Source: a virus
Virus record (IMG/VR): IMGVR_UViG_3300045125_000073
Coordinates: 24,258-88,257 of that record
DNA length: 64,000 nt
Strand: one strand, 5' to 3'
A program made the position numbers and the translations under genes. Positions 46,081 to 58,699 of the stretch are shown here, in pieces (the first letter of the stretch is position 1; every line of letters begins with the position of its first letter). Below the pieces are notes generated by a model. It was not told the DNA's origin. It did no database searches and saw only the letters and a list, made by a program, of their open reading frames with translations.

Positions 46081-47171
46081 TTAATACACTCTATTTACAT
46101 CCGGAATATTCCAAAGCTTTAACTCTGAGGGAATTTTATTATCACAACGTATCATTCGTATAGGTCTAACTTTATATTTTGTTGCTCTATCTGCTTTATA
46201 AACTTTGATAGTTTGATGCGTCTGCGTTAACATCAATATTCATTGCAATAGCCACAGTTCCTGGATTGGGGATTGTTGGACTTTGATATATTCCTTCTTG
46301 CTTCTGTATAATTAAAGATCCTGTAGAAGTCCAATAAGTTCCATTCAATGGTTGTCCTTCCAGTAACAACACTTTATTTAAATTGTAACCGGATATATTT
46401 ATTGTATTTTGAGCAATAAAATGCCATCTCATCGTGGCTTGGTAGATACCAATCAGATAAACTATTGTTATTTGCTGTAATTCCTTGTGTAGTAGACGTT
46501 ATTCCGTCTGATAATTAGCCGGATACATGAAAATGCATTTTCGGTTTGAAGTCTATACTAGCAAATTACCTGCCGTACCGTAACCGCTACCAATATATTG
46601 TGTGCTTATTGCTTGCATTTATTGCGTATACTGCTCGTATTGTATTATATAAACCCCAAGACCGATACCAAACTCCATGTGAGATTGTATGGAGATTTTG
46701 CAAATTGTTTTGCCGTTCCTGAATGACCATACAAGTTCAGTTTTACTACATGAACTAAACGTGTTGTATAATACTTAGAATCATTGGCTTGTGTTGCACC
46801 AGTAAATCCTAACGACCAATAACCTTCAGAATATTTGATATGTGTTTGATCATAATTATAATCAAATAAACGTAAATCATTCATAAGTAGCCTATTTCAT
46901 CTAAAATGGGGCCCCAAGAAGAACCTGTAGATGCCCCAAGCAAAAGTATTTTGTGTGTATACGTTTGAGTATCTGTATTTTTTATACTATTTGTAGCATC
47001 TATAGCAATATCATACGGATAGACTATTAGTATATAAGAATGATTTAATGTCATCACACGTTTCATCTACACCGTAAGCATAAAAATCAAAAGTTAGAGG
47101 TATACGATTCTGGTGACTATAAGTTATTCCAGATCAGATAAAGTAAATCCATCCACAGTAAAAAGACTCAT
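46081..47171 (-). CDS. Fibre-associated protein with a DUF1566/Lcl-like domain; frameshifted
   Basis: Start MSLFTVDG (AGGAG RBS); DWYLPSHDEMAF, GTYWTSTG, VRPIRMIRC. Confidence 0.6.
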
Positions 47172-49028
47172 TTAGCTCCTAATATTTTACTTTTTCCTGG
47201 AATATAACGAACCAACAACAATACCACCACGCATATCTTAGCTCCAGGATATACAGGTACTACCATCTATAAATCCAGAACATGTGTTTGTTAGTTGCAC
47301 GACATAATGTTCACATAATTTAGATTTTCCTAAATAGTATCCATTATTAGTGAAACAATCAGAATATGACTGTTCTGAGGCACACTCCATTCTGACAGCA
47401 CGGCCCAGTACCAGAAGAACATATTGCAGAACCAAAGGCATCCATAACAAGAAACAGATCTACCTTGGAAAATTCCTCCTATATTATCACATTCTGTTCT
47501 GGAAATGTATTCACATCCTCCTCTTCCGTTACAACATGCTCCGATATCATTAAACAACGACTCGCAATCTACTGACTGAGATGATGTATAGTTACCAGCA
47601 AATTTTACATTTTGATCTGTTAGAGACAAACACTCAGTGCAAGTTAAGTTGATCCGATAAAATATTAGTTGTTTTAATACCATTAGAAATAGTTTGTCTA
47701 CAACAAACACCGGGTTTATTACAAATAAAATCGTAAGTTGCACCACATGTCGTTCCCGCACCATGGAAAAATCCTGAACAAGAATTTTCTGTTATAGTTT
47801 CACATGTTCCATCGTCTTTACAACAAGCACCAACAGGTTCTGATGATACCACCAGCTAATTGAGAAATAGGAGGACTAGTAAATATGTCAACATCTACAT
47901 CCGTATTTCTATTATTTGTGGCTTTTTCTGTGCAATTATTAGACCAAAGATATTGTTCTGTGCATTTTGTTGGACCCGCATAATCCACTTAGTGTAGCAT
48001 ACCAAACACCGTTAACACCAAAAAAGTAATTCTAAGTTCGCAAGGAACTCCATCAACAGAAAAACAAGGATAGACGTTTCGAGTCCATTTGATATTAGAA
48101 CTAAATCGATCAAACAGTCCTACAGGAGGATTTACTGCATTTTTTATTATCAGATCAAACGAATAAGCTCTGTTATCTATTGGTGGAGATTTTACTGTTA
48201 TTTTACTTTTGTTGTTTGAAAAATCTAAAACATACACTTTAGATTTTGAACCAAACATTAATTCATTATGTTCTTCAACAAAGGGTCTATAGCACAAGTA
48301 ATACCACAAGCCGCACAAGAAGCATCTCCTGTTACTTGTTGACAATATAAACCTGCAAAGTTGCACCGGTATATCCACCACCACGAACTCGTTCAAAAAC
48401 ATTTGCATTATTAAATACCACACCTGTTATGGAGACATCTGAGTCATTGTTTGCAGTAACACCAGATGTATTGGAAATTCTTTCTATAACTTTATTACCA
48501 GTAAATTTTAAAAAGTTTACTGTGTTTATATTTGTTGATACTGTCAATCCCGATGACAGTATTAAATTTAAATTTTTATAAAAAGTTGTAGACGATCCAA
48601 ACAATGGTTAGAACAGGATAAGGCTCATTTATATCTTCTTGTAAAAATTTAGAATTGCTATTATTTAATAAGCTATAGGTCTTATTTAAGTCTAGTTTGA
48701 TATGAAACTTCATAAAAATGGGTTCAATTCCATAACTTACCCGTATATAAGAGATATACCAGTTCCCAGATTTAAAAATCTGCAAAATATTGAGTAGGTC
48801 CAGTGGTTCCGTATATCTTTGTGCTGGTACCGTAAGTTGCTCCGTTTGAAAAATACGTAATAAGCGAACGATCTACTAAAGAAATACCAATAATGCTAGG
48901 ACCAGTATTTCCTGTGTTTCCAGATCCTGTAGGACCTGTAGGCCTTTGGGGCCTGTGGGCCCGGTTGGACCTGTTACAGAAAAAGCACCAGATAATTTGG
49001 TTACTGAACTAGATCCTATAATTCTCAT
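47170..49028 (-). CDS. Fibre-like protein with GPTG motifs and several GACC Cys-rich repeats; frameshifted
   Basis: MRIIGSSS...GPTGPTG; VGACCKDDGTC, PGVCC, IGACCNGRGGC, TGPCCQ. Confidence 0.55.
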
Positions 49029-49033
49029 ATGAT

Positions 49034-50167
49034 TTACGGTATACCTGCACCGTCTATTCTAGTTTTTAGATTTGTATACAAAAGTTTCAAGATTACTGAT
49101 AGATCCTAATTGTACATTTCCACTTATTGCCGCATTTCCTGATAATGTTAAGCCATTTAATGTTATTGTTTCTGGTATTTTACTGAAACAATTTCATACG
49201 CTTTAATATACGGCACTAAATTTGTTCCTGCTTGTCTCGGTACTGAAGCTGCAGTAACTGCAGGAACCGTAAACGATTCAATTGTTGTTGAAAGCGGAGT
49301 AACTTTTGTTGTGCTGGAACCACTAACAGAAACAAAAGTCACTGGTAAGACTTATTTGTGGGCTCCTCCTCGTTCTAGTTAAAAGTACAGAATTTGTTAT
49401 AAGGTTTGGTGGTTCAGCAAAGAAATAAATTTTTATCTGTCCTGCTATTGTCTGACTTGCTTGATTACAACTAGAAACTGGAGCTTCTGAGATTGCAACT
49501 CGTTCCTGATAACCAAAAGCTGTTCCGTAAATAGTGTATAATTCAGGATATTCTGAAACCTTTAAACTAGTATTAGAATCTATACGTAGCCAGTTGATTT
49601 CGGGAGTGATTGACGGCAGTGCGTACATGATAGAACCGACAGGAAGAACCGCACTGTCTTCTTGAATAACTGCTTGATTTCCGGTTTTATAACCAACGTA
49701 ATTAAGCACAATACCGTTGTAAACTTCCACTGGGAGCTACTTGTAAAAACCGGTTTGACTATTTTTTCGGTTCCATCAGAAACGTCAATTGTTCCTGTTA
49801 GTCCACCCGCAACTGTAGGACTTAAAAACAAAACGTCTACACCACCGCCTCCACCGCCACTAGTTGTTATCAGTGTTAACCGCGATGTAGGATAACGCAT
49901 GGATCCGTAAGTGCACTACGGTATATTCTCCACCCGAATAACTTTCGACTACACCTACAACTTCTGCGTTTTACATCGGTGTCTGCTTTAGACAAAGTAT
50001 AACCAGAAGTTCCAGGATCGTAACGAATAACATCACCTAAAGTTAACCCTGAAGGTATTATGTATCCTTCTCCTGATTTTAGTTTTACAATAAGACGTGA
50101 GGTTTCTTGGGATAAAACTACCTTTGAGGGCAAACAGTCTATTGTTTTGTGGTGTTGATGTAGGCAT
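49034..50167 (-). CDS. Tail fibre/baseplate protein with a tail-collar-like domain; frameshifted
   Basis: LPVGSIMY...NWLRIDSNTSLKVSEYPELYTIYGTAFG resembles the tail collar domain. Confidence 0.6.
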
Positions 50168-50169
50168 GT

Positions 50170-52786
50170 GTTAGTAATGTATTTTTGGTTGTTGAATATG
50201 GGAAAGCGAACGTTGTTGCGTAAGCACTACTAGTAATATCTGCATCTAGTATATAATTAAACAAAATGGTGTCAAAATATGTAACTGCTCCGGTTCCTGG
50301 TGCTGCTCCCCTGTTGCGGGTCTAAAATTAATTCTTAGTTCTTCTTTTCCAATATTTGATACAGTAAATGCTATACCAGAATCGCTAGGATTTCTAAACT
50401 TATCTATATTAGCCGCAGCAAAATCAGTGCTTTGCCAAGGTAGTCCTTGTTTAATAGTATTAGGAGTAGTAATACTATTACTGTTGCTAGCACCTCCTGG
50501 TGCGTTAGTTATATACAACAGAAGAACGAGAAGCCTTGCACAGGACTAAAATAAGCCAAAATCATTTGGAAATAGTGCCATTTTTGTTAAATATCTAAAC
50601 GGACAGGACATACTAGAAACAGAAAATAGAACAGGACATCTTAAATAATTATCGCCTGCAAGATCAGTACTGCCTAGTGCTCTGTTAGCAGTATTCAAAA
50701 CGCTATTGTAAATGTACGTAGTACCACTGCAAAAGTTTGTTTGATATAGTTCTCTACATCTTTCCAACTCTTTATCGTAAGGTATATTAACTGGAGTTAT
50801 TGCGTAATTTCCTAGATGCAGTTGACTTTGTGCTAAACTTATAGTTGCACTGCTAGTCGGGAATTCAAAACCGACTCCAAACCAGCCTAATTCATTATCG
50901 GCTAATGTAAATCCTGCAGCAGCCACAGTAAACGATTTTGAGTATTGTTTCCATGCAGTAGTTAATGTTATACCACCACCAGATGAAGTAAGATTTGTTC
51001 TAGTTTCTATAGCAGCTGTTAAACCAGTAAAATCAGAATAATTTGGTTTATATTGATTATAAATTAAATCTAGTGTAGAACCACTAACAGAAGATTTACC
51101 CCAGAACGAAAATGTTACTGTTTGTCCTTGAGCTAATCTTGCGTTCGGTTGTATGTTTTCTAAGTCTGGGTCGTTTAGCCAAAGACGGTACCGGTGAAAG
51201 TGAATAGTTAAACACACAATCCAAGTAATATAAAGGAGATCCCGGTACTGATGTTTGGTCTGACGAAAAAGAGCGTCGATAAATAGAACTACCGCCTGTT
51301 AATCCTCTCCGAGTAGCAGCACCATCAATATACGTTAAGTAATCTAGATTTCGTATAGCAAACCACCTGTCTGCAACCGGATCTATCAATCGATACGTAT
51401 AGAATGTGTTGGGTCCATTAGCATCAGTTGTAATAATATTAAACGGTTGCATCAAGTAATCGTCTGTATAAGTTGTGGTGTACGACCCAGATAAAGTTCC
51501 ACCAATAAACGTGGGTCGTTGCCATACAGTAAACGCACCGTTTGGTATCAGATTTTGATACTCCACAGTAGAAGTTGTACCACTGGGAGTGAAGACCTCC
51601 ACCACCTTGAGTTCCGGAAGCAGCACCTCTACTAATAACCAGTTTAACGGTGTTGTCTACATCATTAACTCGGATGAAATCTAAAACTTTGGTTGTTTCG
51701 GTTGCTGGAACAAAAGCTAAATCGGTATTAAAAGCTAATGCAGTAGTTTTTGAGGTGTTTAGATATTGATTTGGGTCTAACTGGTTTATCTGAGTTGTTA
51801 TTGTTCCGCCTGGTAGTGTTATTTCAGTATATACACACCACTACTTTCGCTTATAATTCTACTAACAAGCCCTAAAAAATTCTTTACCGGTTACATAAGA
51901 TGTAGCCGATCCTTTTATAAGAGTCCGTTTGCTCCAGATAGAACAGTGCCTATAGAAATTGCTAGAGTTGTTTACTTTTCCAGCATTTTTTGTGAATAAT
52001 CTAAAGGTGTCCAGTGCAGCAGAACCTGTGCTGGAATCATCAAAATAAAGAAACACGTCTCCAACCATAGGAGGCCCGAGAAAAGTACCACCGTTAGTGT
52101 CGTATTCTATAATAAGTTTATTGTCTAGTTCTGCTGTGATTCCGTAACTAAGACCTTCTAGCAGCACACCACGATACGTAAGAATAGAACCAGAATCACC
52201 GGTTACACCTAGAAGAACAGGTTTAGACACATGGCCGTAAGTTTGTGGTTCGTTTGTGGTTATACCACCAGGAACAACAGAATCTAAAAAGTACGCTTGT
52301 CCTCCAACCAGTGTAGTTCCTATTGCGTTTTCCAATAGTATTTGCGAAAAGACTGTTGTCTAACAGACCAGCAAGAGCAACAACGTGAGCAGAAGCTGTA
52401 TCGTTTACAACCACCCTAAACTTCGCATTAACAGCAGAATCTGCTTTTGCTAAAGTTAAACCGTTAGGATCCATACGAACAAATTTACCCGCAGTTATAC
52501 CCGAAACTTTAGGAGAAACATTAATTGTATGTTGTGGAATAAGTTGTAGGATTGGTGGCAAAACTTACAGATCCATTGAATCGTACACTACCATTAAATG
52601 TTACCCGGTTGCCACAGTGGGAGCGTGAGACACTGTGAACACGTTACCAGATGAACTAAGACTTACACCATCACCTTGTAATAAATTGTATACAGTAATA
52701 CCATTAAGCGTAGTAATAATAGTGTTGGTTGTATCAAACCATTTTTTAAACTTATCAGAATAAACTAGATTATTTATTGAGGGCAT
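50170..52786 (-). CDS. Large tail fibre-like structural protein; frameshifted
   Basis: FKKWFDTTNTII N-terminus; LIPNGAFTVWQR and QTVTFSFWGKS (carbohydrate-binding-like); ELERCRELYQ resembles the ELALCQRYY fibre motif. Confidence 0.6.
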
Positions 52787-52794
52787 TTTTAAAC

Positions 52795-53526
52795 CTTTAT
52801 TAGCTGACTTGTTGTATAATATAGCCATTTTTATAAGCAACCGATGCCACTGTTCCGTTTGCTGTAACTGTAAGCATAGGATAAATTGGATTACTTTGTA
52901 ATTCTTTGGAAATTCTTGGAATATTATAAATTATTCTAGCAGCACCAACACGGTCCGTTGATAACATTAATGTTGGAAGAATCTTGAAGAGTTCTGTCTT
53001 CGCCAGCAGCTTCAAAACTATTTTTAGTGCAATTAATTGTCGATATAAAACTGTCCATTCCATAATTTCCGGCTTTATCGGTAGAAGTGGGTTCTAAATC
53101 TGATATTATTAGATCAGCTTGTGGTTTATGCACCCAAAAACCAAATCCACCATTAAAATTTGGACTCTTTAAAAGATACCATCCAGGATTACATGTTACA
53201 GTTATTTTGGAAGCACTAACAGTTGCAACAACCAAAATCAGGACTTAATGGTGTACACCCTTCCCATGGAGTAGCAGTCATAGCATTTCCTGCTTGTTCT
53301 GAGTATTGTTTTATTCCCCAATTAGCAAACATAGTTTGAGTTAACGTTTGCTGCATATAAAAAATTTCTTGCATTTCATTTAATTCTGCAGCCTGTAAAG
53401 GAAATCCGGAGCTTGAAAGCAACAAGAAAATAATTTTTAGTTGCGTCTAATTGTGACTCCACTCTGCTACTAAACGGAGCCCGGAGACAGTGGAAAATTA
53501 GTTTTAAATGGTAGTGGTATGCTCAT
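52795..53526 (-). CDS. DUF4815-like virion structural protein (short); frameshifted
   Basis: NYFLVAF...GFPLQAAELNEMQEIF resembles the DUF4815 N-terminal motif; follows gp8. Confidence 0.6.
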
Positions 53527-53972
53527 GATGTTATATCAGTTATATTTATACTAATATCAAACTCGTATGTTCTGTTGGTTTGTGGTGTTTTTACAGATAT
53601 GGGTGTAGATTTTATATTTTGAAACGATACGTATTGACCAGACTTTTTTTGTATTTCAGGAGTGATAACTTTAATTACATCATAAGTTTGCGTTGAGGGC
53701 AAGGGAGAACCGGCTTCTGATACGGTTAATACTACCTTGTCCCCCACAATAACTCGCATCTTTGGTGTCACTGATATCAAATCTAAACCCTTGTCTGGAA
53801 TTGGTTTTGCTGTATTGGTGTAAATTCTATTTGCCCCACCAATCGTACCTCCGATTCCGGTTCCCACAGCCGTAGTGTACATTAAATAATTTAAATTTTT
53901 TCTTACAAAATAATCTGTTCCTTCGGATACAGATAAGCTTAAGAGTTGTTGGTTGTCAGGATTAAACGCCAT
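53523..53972 (-). CDS. Hypothetical baseplate-region protein
   Basis: Intact 149-aa ORF between gp8 and the DUF4815-like gene. Confidence 0.65.
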   Translation of the reverse strand: MAFNPDNQQLLSLSVSEGTDYFVRKNLNYLMYTTAVGTGIGGTIGGANRIYTNTAKPIPDKGLDLISVTPKMRVIVGDKVVLTVSEAGSPLPSTQTYDVIKVITPEIQKKSGQYVSFQNIKSTPISVKTPQTNRTYEFDISINITDITS

Positions 53973-53984
53973 ATAATCTCCTTT

Positions 53985-55400
53985 ATTATGCTATTACAAA
54001 TGTTGGTCCAGTCGCTGCAAAATCCTATGGTCTGTAAATTTCTAAACGACGAATCTCCTTCTGGGAATATCGCCGGAGCATCTGAGCCGTAAAATTTAGG
54101 ATTAACTAATATTGCCAGTTTGGTTATAGAACCGGTTGTCACATTATCTGCTATTTCGTCTGAACTGACGGTTGTTTTTACACGAACACGTTTTGCCGGA
54201 ACAAATACCGTAGGATCATTATAAAATCCTTCAGGAAAATTAATTAAATTTATTTTATTACTTAAATTATATGATACAGGTTTTGATCCTTTCACCTCAA
54301 AATCAATAACATCAGTGTAGTTAGATCCTGGATTGACTACTTCTATTCCGGTTACAAGTTTAATATCACCAGAAGTTGCAAGTACAGGTGGAAGACCTAT
54401 ATCTGTATACGTTATTTGTGTGGTTTTTATCTGTACATCAGCACCAGAACCAGTTTTATCTTTTATTGTAAACGTAGGATCTCCATAAAACGAATATTGA
54501 CCTAAACTTAAACCACTGAGATCTATACGTGCAGACAGTATTCCTTTTCGTTTTCAAAATTATTTAAAAGATATAATGCGTATTCTCTACTAGAACCGGG
54601 AGAAAGTGTGTATTTTTCGCTTTCTAGTTGTTCTTTTAATGTTTTAATGGTTTTTGTTGCTGGACATAGGGGATTTTCTCCCGTATTAGATGACGTAATT
54701 CCTCCTGCAGTAAAACCACTTAAAAATAAAGCTTCTCTATCTAAAGCATCTGCCAATTTTTGACACTCGAAACAATCAGAAAAAATAGTTTCATTTGTTA
54801 CGTCGCCAGCAGAATATACTTCTCCAGTCAATTCGTCAACACTATTTTCTTTAAAATATAAACAACAACAACCAAAGGCAGTTACTCCAGTACCACACAA
54901 TGAACTGTATTTTTCAGTAAATGTTAAATAATTTTTAATGCCCGTTAAATTTGGTATAGGTAAATCTCGCTCAGATAAGAAATTTAACTGAGAGATATCA
55001 ACCATGAATAGTGGAATCCAACTGTACCCGTCTCCATATATTTGTATTTCTGGTTGAATGTGTGATGGTATCTCTGTGGAGAGTCCGGCTTCTTCATCTA
55101 TTCTATTGTTTGGTTTATTGTCTGTACATAAGTATACAATTCTGTTTTCTGGATTGTACACATAGTAATTTTTAGTTACGTCAGGAGGCCCATGCAGTAT
55201 ATTGTTTTCCGTATTGCCAGATATTATTGTCTGCTACAAGACATTTTTCTAGACTGTTAATTCGTTTTGCAATAAGAGGATCTGCTTCCAGTACTAAATA
55301 TATCAGAATCGGTCTGACCAGGCAAACCACCCAATACTAAATGTAATTCTGGTAAAGCTAGCTCTTGTATAATATTGTTTGTTAGATTTTTAACGCTCAT
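53985..55400 (-). CDS. gp8: Baseplate wedge subunit, gp8-like; frameshifted
   Basis: WQYGKQY, IVYLCTDN, YGDGYSWIPLFMVD, GIEVVNPGSNYT; position after gp6/gp7. Confidence 0.7.
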
Positions 55401-55404
55401 GTTG

Positions 55405-56535
55405 ATTTTAACTGCAAGTTATGCCTTTATTTAAATAAGTAAAGCCTACAGCAGGACTTAAATTAAAGAAATCACCTGTATTTATCTCTCCGAAAGACAT
55501 TCCCTGTATATAATATTTTGCTATCTCTTCGTCCCAATACGGAAAAAGATAGCTAGGTTGGCCAGTTACACCACCGTACGCTCCAGAACAACCAAAACTG
55601 TATCCTACAGTTGCAGTGGATCCTATAGTGTATAGTGCATAATTTTGTATGGTAGGCGTCTCGTATTCTATAACCTGTACTTCATCTTGAACATCATTAT
55701 TAAAGATATCAAATCTTAATTGAAAAAAGTCTTTAGTTCCTGCTGGATGTGCAAGCGGTTTAACAACATCTTTAAATAAACTTTCAGGGTATACTTTTTG
55801 GACTATTCACAACATACGAAAAATCTTGCCATAAATCATTATCGTACATCACAGAATAATTTAAAAAACTACCTGTTGTATTTTTAAAAATTCTGGAAAT
55901 TCTTCTCCTATTGTATCTTGTTCTTCTAATGGATTTGTTCTCATCCATTCAAAACGACCACTGTTTAATCGTAATATGTGCTGTTTAGGATAAGAAACAG
56001 AAATTAAATCAGGATCCACATCAAAAAACTGATTTATCAATAATTTAAATGAATCTTTTGTTCCCTTTTTTGCGTATAAATTTGTTTTTACATTATCTAC
56101 CAATTCTATTAATCTATTCGCACTTACAATTTTATCAATATATTGTTTAGGAAACGAATTTAAATATGTATTTAAAGTGTGTGTTCGAGTGCTCCATACG
56201 GTATACTCTGTAAATCAAAAGATCTTCTAGCCTAAAAAAACTTAAAGAATTTGTACGACCATCACATGTCAGCCAGTTGTAATACTGTTCTGTTAAGGAT
56301 ATTAAAACAGATTCTCCTTCGTTAGAAATGCGCAACCAGTACGGAAACAAATCACGGATACTTAAAGGATAGGTACAGTTTAATGGAACGTTTTCTGTTG
56401 GTGCATAAAATGCAGATAATTGAGAAATTACTGGTGGTTCAAATTCATTAGACTGTTCTTCTGAATCTATACCATAAATTTCAGCATTTGTTAAATACTG
56501 TTTATTTTGTGGTTTTTAGTAAAAAATAAAAGCAT
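55405..56535 (-). CDS. Baseplate wedge subunit, gp7-like (short); frameshifted
   Basis: LYAKKGTKDSFKLLINQFFDV...SYPKQHILRLNSG, QDFSYVV, AHPAGTKDF. Confidence 0.65.
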
Positions 56536-56538
56536 ATG

Positions 56539-58291
56539 TTATACTATTTTACCTACACTAGAAACGGAGGGTATATATTCGTCTTTCATTATTATATTAT
56601 TACTGTTTTCTACTGTTCCTGCCACTCGTATGTTTGTAGATTCTGGTAGAACTCCTGAATTTATATAAACAATACCTTTAGCATAATCTACAGTTCCTAA
56701 TTTAGGAATGGATGTAATTCTAAGTCCTGCGCTATTAATAGCAACCAATTCTCCTATTGTAGCAGAAGGAAACGGTAAAAAGTCACTTAAAGAAATTGTT
56801 GTTCCATTATAATTAAATATGCTAGAACTTATAATTCTTCCCATGGCACCCGTTGTAACTATTATTGCTGGTCGTTTTAATGTGTTTTTAAAGTACAAAT
56901 ATTTTTGACTGTCAGAACCAAACACATCTAATATTACATTTGCAGAAATAATATCAAATGAAGTTATATCCGGATAAGTTTGAAACAATACGTCTCTTAT
57001 ACTGGTAGAATTCACATTATTATTAAATGCTAAATTTTGATTGTATATGTTGTTTATACTAGTTTGTATTGAAGACAGCTGATTAGAAACAATCCCTCTA
57101 ACATTAAAATTTAATGTCACATTTACTATTTGTGATTTGATGTATTCTGGTATAACAGTAACAATACTTTTGTCCTTTAAAAAATTTACATTTTTTGTTA
57201 CAGTTGGGATTTGTTGAGGTTAAATTTGGTATCAGCATACGATATAAAACACTCTTCCATAAGAGGCAGGGTCTGCTTCATCTCCACCCCAAATATTAAT
57301 TTTGTTCTTTCTATTAATTCCAGCAGGGCAATAGATTGGAAGATAATAATAAACCGTAATAATCGTCTTTAGTTATTGCTCTATCATTAGCTGCCAATAA
57401 TTTTGGAGCAAAAAACTTTACCAGATCTAAATCTGGGCCATCTGTTCCGTTATTAGATTGTGTGTTTGATAAAACTGATAAACTGGAATTAGAAAAAGAA
57501 GATACACCATTAGAAACGGTTCCAGACGGAACCAAATAAGATACTGTGACAACATCGGTTGGTTCTATATTTTTTCCAAATGATGACTGATAATCATTTA
57601 TAGTTCTTTTACCAAATATTAAATAAAATCCGTTTGAAAGACGGTCTATAAAATAAACCTTTCCTTCGGGATCAGAGGACGGGTTGTATGTATTGTATCT
57701 GTGTCCAAACTTCTCCGTTTACTTTTACTGTTAAGTGTTGATATGTCAATATTTAGTGCTTGCTAAAAATGCTTTCTGGTTTACGGTCTCTACCGAAACT
57801 GGCAGATCTATTTACAACCGAAGTTGCTTCGTAATACAATGTTATATTTTGAGAAGTTCCAGTAGTTAATGTAATACTTTACGGTACAGTAATATTTGTA
57901 TACTACATTGTTTGGGCTGATACCTGAGAAAATAATCTGTATATGCGTTAAACGTGAATGGACGAGGACACTCCAGTTTTAGTGGCTGCCGGTCAATTTC
58001 AGCTTTTAGAGCTTGTTTTACTAGGAACCAACATATCCTAATGGTTTTACTAAGTGAAACTATATTTCTTTCTAATTGTAGCGGTATCCAAATAATGCTT
58101 CATTTGCTACCATGTTCGCTGTAATACGAATAATATAGGGTGTTATAAGCAAACACGTCCAACAGAGAGTTTAAGGCAGTACCATTGAAATCGTAACCAG
58201 AAAATTCTGATTTAGTTTGCAGATACGTCTTTAAAGAATTTTTAATACTTTGAAAATCTAATGATGATATGTTTATTTGTGGTGTTGACAT
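56539..58291 (-). CDS. gp6: Baseplate wedge subunit; frameshifted
   Basis: SSLDFQSIKNSLKTYLQ...YDFNGTALNSLLDVFAYNTLY, VKFFAPKLLAANDRAITKDDY, WGGDEADPASYGRVF. Confidence 0.93.
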
Positions 58292-58295
58292 TACT

Positions 58296-58688
58296 TATCG
58301 CTACCTATTTTTATGGTTAATGTCTCGTATATGTTCTGGATCTGAGACTAAAGAATACGAAACTTTAATTTCCCAGGATGACATTTGCATCCATGTCCTT
58401 AATAATATCTATATTTTCTATAATTTGTTCTGGGTTCATTTAAACTGATAATGACGCAGCCATATCTGGTTTTTAATAGTTGCTAGATCGCAACTCTAGA
58501 CGGGCTGTTCGTACACTAAATTGTACGCGTTTCCACCAAAATTATAATCAAACGGCCTTTCTCCTTTTGTTGTTAGCAGTATATTTTTTATATGATTGGC
58601 TAATAGCGTTAAGATCGTATTTTAAATTAACATCGTTAGTTAACTCATTTTTTGTAAAATTCAAGTCTATATCTGTGTATTTTGCCAT
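58296..58688 (-). CDS. gp25: Baseplate wedge subunit; frameshifted
   Basis: MAKYTDIDLNFTKNELTNDV...LLTTKGERPFDYNFGGN; directly upstream of gp6. Confidence 0.88.
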
Positions 58689-58699
58689 ATTAGTCCTAC

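Noticed and set aside
37362-47171. Diversity-generating retroelement (TR/VR pair) at the two DUF1566-like domains
   Set aside because: The aligned DW motif regions differ mainly at synonymous positions, not only at adenines, and no reverse transcriptase is visible in the window.
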